From NCBI GenBank assembly GCA_002189035.1, contig NEEC01000283.1, positions 1 through 29,218 of the forward strand: a DNA stretch of 29,218 nt. The letters are read 5' to 3'. The translations under genes and the position numbers were made by a program. Numbering within the stretch: position 1 is the stretch's first letter; every line of letters starts with the position of its first letter. Source of the stretch: Utricularia gibba. Lineage: Eukaryota; Plantae; Magnoliophyta. Below, in pieces: positions 22,341-29,218 of this stretch. The notes below the pieces were generated by a model. It worked only from the letters and a program-made list of their open reading frames with translations, was not told the origin of the DNA and made no database searches.

Positions 22341-25300
22341 AGCTGCCGAAAACCCAACGTTAATAAATGGATCACTTTTTTGCCGGGCTACAAATGACTA
22401 TGGGCCCGAGTTCGAGACCTCCGGCCCGATCCTAGTGCCCCTCGAGAGCGCCTCCTCAAATAAAAGCTTGTGGATGAGAAAAACCATTTGGGGTGCTCAT
22501 GACATCCTAACTTCAATAAATGCATCACGATTTTCGTCGAATAGGACCGATTGGGCTCAGGAGTCGAACCGAAACTTGGGTCCGGATGAACTTCCCAACG
22601 AAAGCACCCACCCAAAAAACGACAAGCTTTTCCTTCAGAAACCATGTAGGCAGCTGCCGAAAACCCAACGTTAATAAATGGATCACTTTTTTGCCGGGCT
22701 ACAAATGACTATGGGCCCGAGTTCGACGACCTCCGGCCCGATCCTGGTGCCCCTCGAGAGCGCCTCCTCAAATAAAAGTTGTGGTTGAAAACCATTTGGG
22801 GTGCTCATGACATCCTAACTTCAATAAATGCATCACGATTTTCGTCGAATAGGACCCGATCGGGCTCAGGAGTCGAACGAACCTTGGGTCCGGATGAACT
22901 TCCAACGAAAGCACCCACCCAAAAACGACAAGCTTTTCCTTCAGAAACATGTAGGCAGCTGCCGAAAACCCAACGTTAATAAATGGATCACTTTTTTTGC
23001 CGGCTACAAATGACTATGGGCCCGAGTTCGATATGACCTCCGGCCCGATCCTAGTGCCCCTCGAGAGCGCCTCCTCAAATAAAAGCTTGTGGATGAGAAA
23101 ACCATTTGGGTGCTCATGACATCCTAACTTCAATAAATGCATCACGATTTTCGTCGAATAGGACCGATTTGGCTCAGGAGTCGAACCGAAACTTGGGTCC
23201 GGATGAAGTTCCCAACGAAGCACCCACCCAAAAAACGACAAGCTTTTCCTTCAGAAACCATGTAGGCAGCTGCCGAAAACCCAACGTTAATAAATGGATC
23301 ACTTTTTTGCCGGGCTACAAATGACTATGGGCCCGAGTTCGACCCGACCTCCGGCCCGATCCTAGTGCCCCTCGAGAGCGCCTCCTCAAATAAAAAGCAT
23401 GTGGTTGAGAAAACCATTTGGGGTGCTCATGACATCCTAACTTCAATAAATGCATCACGATTTTCGTCGAATAGGACCCGATTGGGCTCAGGAGTCGAAA
23501 AGAACCTTGGGTCCGATGAACTTCCCAACGAAAGCACCCACCAAAAACGACAAGCTTTTCCTTCAGAAACAATGTAGGCAGCTGCCGAAAACCCAACGTT
23601 AATAAATGGATCACTTTTTTTCCCGGGCTACAAATGACTATGGGCCCGAGCCCGACCCGACCTCCGGCCCGATCCTGGTGCCCCTCGAGAGCGCCTCCTC
23701 AAATATAAAGCTTGTGGATGAGAAAACCATTTGGGTGCTCATGACATCCTAACTTCAATAAATGCATCACGATTTTCGTCGAATAGGACCCGATTGGGCT
23801 CAGGAGTCGAACCGAACCTTGGGTCCGGATGAACTTCCCAACGAAAGCACCCACCCAAAAACGACAAGCTTTTCCTTCAGAAACCATGTAGGCAGCTGCC
23901 GAAAACCCAACGTTAATAAATGGATCACTTTTTTTGCCGGCTACAAATGACTATGGGCCCGAGTTCGACGACCTCCGGCCCGATCCTAGTGCCCCTCGAG
24001 AGCGCCTCCTCAAATAAAAAGCTTGTGGTGAGAAAACCATTGGGGTGCTCATGACATCCTAACTTAAATGCATCACGATTTTCGTCGAATAGGACCCGAT
24101 GGGCTCAGGAGTCGAACGAACCTTGGGTCCGGATGAACTTCCCAATGAAAGCACCCAACCAAAAACGACAAGCTTTTCCTTCAGAAACCATGTAAGCAGC
24201 TGCCGAAAACCCAACGTTAAAAATGGATCACTTTTTTGCCGGGCTACAAATGACTATGGGCCCGAGCCCGACCCGACCTCCGGCCCGATCCTGGTGCCCC
24301 TCGAGAGCGCCTCCTCAAATATAAAGCTTGTGGATGAGAAAACCATTTGGGGGTGCTCATGACATCTAACTTCAATAAATGCATCACGATTTTCGTCGAA
24401 TAGGACCCGATTGGGCTCAGGAGTCGAACAGAACCTTGGGTCCGGATGAACTTCCAACGAAAGCACCCACCCAAAAACGACAAGCTTTTCCTTCAGAAAC
24501 AATGTAGGCAGCTGCCGAAAACCCAACGTTAATAAATGGATCACTTTTTTTGCCTACAAATGACTATGGGCCGAGCCCGACCCGACCTCCGCCCGATCCT
24601 AGTGCCCCTCGAGAGCGCCTCCTCAAATAAAAGTGTGGTGAGAAAACCATTGGGGTGCTCATGACATCCTAACTTCAATAAATGCATCACGATTTTCGTC
24701 GAATAGACCCGATCGGGCTCAGGAGTCGAAAAGAACCTTGGGTCCGGATGAACTTCCCAATGAAAGCACCCACCAAAAACGACAAGCTTTTCCTTCAGAA
24801 ACAATGTAGGCAGCTGCTTGGGTCCGGATGAACTTCCCAATGAAAGCACCCACCAAAAACGACAAGCTTTTCCTTCAGAAACCATGTAGGCAGCTGCCGA
24901 AAACCCAACGTTAATAAATGGATCACTTTTTTGCCGGGCTACAAATGACTATGGGCCGAGCCCGACCGACCTCCGGCCCGATCCTGGTGCCCCTCGAGAG
25001 CGCCTCCTCAAATATAAAGCTTGTGGATGAGAAAACCATTTGGGGTGCTCATGACATCCTAACTTCAAAAATGCATCACGATTTTCGTCGAATAGGACCC
25101 GATTGGGCTCAGGAGTCGAACAGAACCTTGGGTCCGGATGAACTTCCCAACGAAAGCACCCACCAAAAACGACAAGCTTTTCCTTCAGAAACAATGTAGG
25201 CAGCTGCCGAAAACCCAACGTTAATAAATGGATCACTTTTTTTGCCGGGCTACAAATGACTATGGGCCCGAGTTCGATATGACCTCCGGCCCGATCCTAG

Positions 25301-28300
25301 TGCCCCTCGAGAGCGCCTCCTCAAATAAAAGCATGTGGTTGAGAAAACCATTTGGGGTGCATGACATCCTAACTTCAATAAATGCATCACGATTTTCGTC
25401 GAATAGGACCCGATTGGGCTCAGGAGTCGAACAGAACCTTGGGTCCGGATGAACTTCCCAATGAAAGCACCCACCAAAAACGACAAGCTTTTCCTTCAGA
25501 AACAATGTAGGCAGCTGCCGAAAACCCAACGTTAATAAATGGATCACTTTTTTTGCGGGCTACAAATGACTATGGGCCCGAGTTCGACGACCTCCGGCCC
25601 GATCCTAGTGCCCCTCGAGAGCGCCTCCTCAAATATAAAGCTTGTGGATGAGAAACCATTTGGGGTGCTCATGACATCCTAACTTCAATAAATGCATCAC
25701 GATTTTCGTCGAATAGGACCCGATTGGCTCAGGAGTCGAACCGAACTTGGGTCCGGATGAAGTTCCCAACGACAGCACCCACCCAAAAAAGACAAGCTTT
25801 TCCTTCAGAAACATGTAGGCAGCTGCCGAAAACCCAACGTTAATAAATGGATCACTTTTTTTGCCGGGCTACAAATGACTATGGGCCCGAGTTCGATATG
25901 ACCTCCGGCCCGATCCTAGTGCCCCTCGAGAGCGCCTCCTCAAATAAAAGCATGGGAAAACCATTTGGGGTGCTCATGACATCCTAACTTCAATAAATGC
26001 ATCACGATTTTCGTCGAATAGGACCCGATTGGGCTCAGGAGTCGAACCGAACCTTGGGTCCGGATGAACTTCCCAACGAAAGCACCCACCCAAAAACGAC
26101 AAGCTTTTCCTTCAGAAACAATGTAGGCAGCTGCCGAAAACCCAACGTTAATAAATGGATCACTTTTTTTGCCGGCTACAAATGACTATGGGCCCGAGCC
26201 GACCGACCTCCGGCCCGATCCTGGTGCCCCTCGAGAGCGCCTCCTCAAATATAAAGCTTGTGGATGAGAAAACCATTTGGGGTGCTCATGACATCCTAAC
26301 TTCAATAAATGCATCACGATTTTCGTCGAATAGGACCCGATTGGCTCAGGAGTCGAACCGAACTTGGGTCCGGATGAAGTTCCCAACGAAAGCACCCACC
26401 CAAAAACGACAAGCTTTTCCTTCAGAAACCATGTAGGCAGCTGCCGAAAACCCAACGTTAATAAATGGATCACTTTTTTGCCGGGCTACAAATGACTATG
26501 GGCCCGAGTTCGATATGACCTCCGGCCCGATCCTAGTGCCCCTCGAGAGCGCCTCCTCAAATAAAAAGCATGTGGTTGAGAAAACCATTTGGGTGCTCAT
26601 GACATCCTAACTTCAATAAATGCATCACGATTTTCGTCGAATAGGACCCGATTGGGCTCAGGAGTCGAACCGAACCTTGGGTCCGGATGAACTTCCCAAT
26701 GAAAGCACCCACAAAAACGACAAGCTTTTCCTTCAGAAACAATGTAGGCAGCTGCCGAAAACCAACGTTAATAAATGGATCACTTTTTTTGCCGGGCTAC
26801 AAATGACTATGGGCCCGAGCCGACCCGACCTCCGGCCCGATCCTTGCCCCTCGAGAGCGCCCTCAAATATAAAGCTTGTGGATGAGAAAACCATTTGGGG
26901 TGCTCATGACATCCTAACTTCAATAAATGCATCACGATTTTCGTCGAATAGGACCCGATTGGGCTCAGGAGTCGAACCGAACCTTGGGTCCGGATGAACT
27001 TCCCAACGAAAGCACCCACCCAAAAACGACAAGCTTTTCCTTCAGAAACAATGTAGGCAGCTGCCGAAAACCCAACGTTAATAAATGGATCTTTTTTTGC
27101 CGGGCTACAAATGACTATGGGCCGAGTTCGATATGACCTCCGGCCCGATCCTAGTGCCCCTCGAGAGCGCCTCCTCAAATAAAAAGCATGTGGTTGAGAA
27201 AACCATTGGGGTGCTCATGACATCCTAACTTCAATAAATGCATCACGATTTTCGTCGAATAGGACCCGATCGGGCTCAGGAGTCGAAAAGAACCTTGGGT
27301 CCGGATGAACTTCCCAATGAAAGCACCCACCAAAAACGACAAGCTTTTCCTTCAGAAACCATGTAGGCAGCTGCCGAAAACCCAACGTTAATAAATGGAT
27401 CACTTTTTTTTGCCGGGCTACAAATGACTATGGGCCCGAGCCCGACCCGACCTCCGGCCCGATCCTGGTGCCCCTCGAGAGCGCCTCCTCAAATATAAAG
27501 CTTGTGGATGAGAAAACCATTTGGGGTGCTCATGACATCCTAACTTCAAAAAATGCATCACGATTTTCGTCGAATAGGACCCGATTGGGCTCAGGAGTCG
27601 AACCGAACCTTGGGTCCGGATGAACTTCCCAACGAAAGCACCCACCCAAAAACGACAAGCTTTTCCTTCAGAAACAATGTAGGCAGCTGCCGAAAACCCA
27701 ACGTTAATAAATGGATCACTTTTTTGCCGGGCTACAAATGACTATGGGCCCGAGTTCGATATGACCTCCGGCCCGATCCTAGTGCCCCTCGAGAGCGCCT
27801 CCTCAAAAAAAAGCATGTGGTTGAGAAAACCATTTGGGGTGCTCACATCCTAAGAATAAATGCATCACGATTTTCGTCGAATAGGACCCGATTGGGCTCA
27901 GGAGTCGAACAGAACCTTGGGTCGGATGAACTTCCCAACGAAAGCACCCACCAAAAACGACAAGCTTTTCCTTCAGAAACAATGTAGGCAGCTGCCGAAA
28001 ACCCAACGTTAATAAATGGATCACTTTTTTTGCCGGGCTACAAATGACTATGGGCCCGAGTTCGATATGACCTCCGGCCCAATCCTAGTGCCCCTCGAGA
28101 GCGCCTCCTCAAATATAAAGCTTGTGGATGAGAAAACCATTTGGGTTATAACATCCTAACTTCAATAAATGCATCACGATTTTCGTCAATAGTACCTGAT
28201 TTGGCTCAGGAGTCGAACCGAAACTTGGGTCCGGATGAAGTTCCAACGACAGCACCCACCCAAAAAAGACAAGCTTTTCCTTCAGAAACCATGTAGGCAG

Positions 28301-29218
28301 CTGCCGAAAACCCAACGTTAATAATGGATCACTTTTTTTGCCGGGCTACAAATGACTATGGGCCCGAGTTCGACCCGACCTCCGGCCCGATCCTAGTGCC
28401 CCTCGAGAGCGCCTCCTCAAATAAAAGCTTGTGGTTGAAAAACCATTTGGGTGCTCATGACATCCTAACTTCAATAAATGCATCACGATTTTCGTCGAAT
28501 AGGACCCGATCGGGCTCGGAGTCGAACAGAACCTTGGGTCCGGATGAACTTCCCAACGAAAGCACCCACCCAAAAACGACAAGCTTTTCCTTCAGAAACC
28601 ATGTAGGCAGCTGCCGAAAACCCAACGTTAATAAATGGATCACTTTTTTTGCCGGCTACAAATGACTATGGGCCCGAGTTCGATATGACCTCCGGCCCAT
28701 CCTAGTGCCCCTCGAGAGCGCCTCCTCAAATATAAAGCTTGTGGATGAGAAAACCATTTGGGCTCATGACATCCTAACTTCAATAAATGCATCACGATTT
28801 TCGTCGAATAGGACCCGATTTGGGCTCAGGAGTCGAACCGAACTTGGGTCCGGATGAAGTTCCCAACGACAGCACCCACCCAAAAAGACAAGCTTTTCCT
28901 TCAGAAACCATGTAGGCAGCTGCCGAAAACCCAACGTTAATTAATGGATCACTTTTTTGCCGGGCTACAAATGACTATGGGCCCGAGTTCGATATGACCT
29001 CCGGCCCGATCCTAGTGCCCCTCGAGAGCGCCTCCTCAAATAAAAAGCATGTGGTTGAGAAAACCATTGGTGCTCATGACATCCTAACTTGAATAAATGC
29101 ATCACGATTTTCGTCGAATAGGACCCGATCGGGCTCAGGAGTCGAAAAGAACCTTGGGTCCGGATGAACTTCCCAATGAAAGCACCCACCAAAAACGACA
29201 AGCTTTTCCTTCAGAAAC
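22341..29218. repeat. Two-monomer higher-order repeat (~614-627 bp), 11 consecutive dimers
   Basis: Units 75-96 alternate between TGTGGATGAG and the TGTGGT(T)GAG class (one unit has a small deletion there but keeps GCATG). From unit 78 the linked AAATATAAAGCTT vs AAATAAAA(A)GC(A)T difference also alternates without exception. Confidence 0.85.
24737..24896 (+). repeat. 80-bp internal tandem duplication within one monomer
   Basis: CTTGGGTCCGGATG...GTAGGCAGCTG occurs at 24737-24816 and again at 24817-24896. The copies differ at one base (AAACAATG vs AAACCATG). Confidence 0.92.

Larger units (their letters stand above)
1..29218. repeat. Tandem satellite DNA array, ~313-315 bp monomer, ~96 copies, head-to-tail, running off both ends of the window
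   Basis: The anchor AGCTGCCGAAAACCC recurs at 1, 311, 625, 933, 1246, 1560, 1871, 2183, 2501, 2810 and onward to the end. Unit 47 starts at 14289 (mean period 310.6 bp). Counting the TGTGG(A/T)TGAG landmark gives ~96 units including truncated ones. No unique sequence lies between units. Hand count of the consensus gives ~51% GC. Family and organism not recognised. Confidence 0.99.
14041..29218. repeat. Right sub-array: mixture of 'T-type' (GAGTTCGATATGACC / GATCCTAGTG / AAAAGCATGTGGTT) and C-type monomers
   Basis: The first GAGTTCGA + CCTAGT monomer is at ~14048-14075. T-type alleles are then frequent to the end of the window. Confidence 0.8.

Noticed and set aside
134-29201. The many 60-300 aa ORFs on both strands in the ORF track
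   Set aside because: All are translations of the same monomer (recurring blocks such as KTIWGAHDILTSINASRF and RLLSPIGSYSTKIVMHLLKLG), stitched together differently by 1-bp indels. The minus-strand frames of the full-length consensus each contain a stop. I recognise no protein domain.
1-29218. CRISPR array
   Set aside because: There are no unique spacers, the unit is ~314 bp and fully repeated, and no cas genes are present.

Overview
The whole 29,218-bp window is one uninterrupted head-to-tail satellite DNA array of about 96 monomers. The cleanest monomers are 313-315 bp; the first 46 average 310.6 bp because of frequent 1-bp losses. GC is about 51%. All copies lie in one orientation. I find no gene, transposon, telomeric tract, rRNA/tRNA gene or CRISPR array, and every ORF in the track is a translation of the repeat. 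I cannot name the satellite family or the host; a eukaryote, possibly a plant, is an inference only. The array has nested structure: (i) each monomer is an ancient diverged dimer of ~156 + ~159 bp subunits; (ii) from ~22.3 kb to the end two monomer types alternate strictly, giving a ~620-bp higher-order repeat; (iii) monomer variants change along the array, with a switch at ~14.0 kb next to a ~1.4-kb zone of deleted and shuffled monomers; (iv) there is one exact-length 80-bp internal tandem duplication; (v) many monomers carry a perfect Pol III B-box (GGTTCGACTCC) on the minus strand. Homopolymer-length noise and gaps falling on polymorphic columns suggest a noisy long-read consensus, so fine-scale variation needs read-level confirmation. 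I see no evidence for a novel protein-coding system here.
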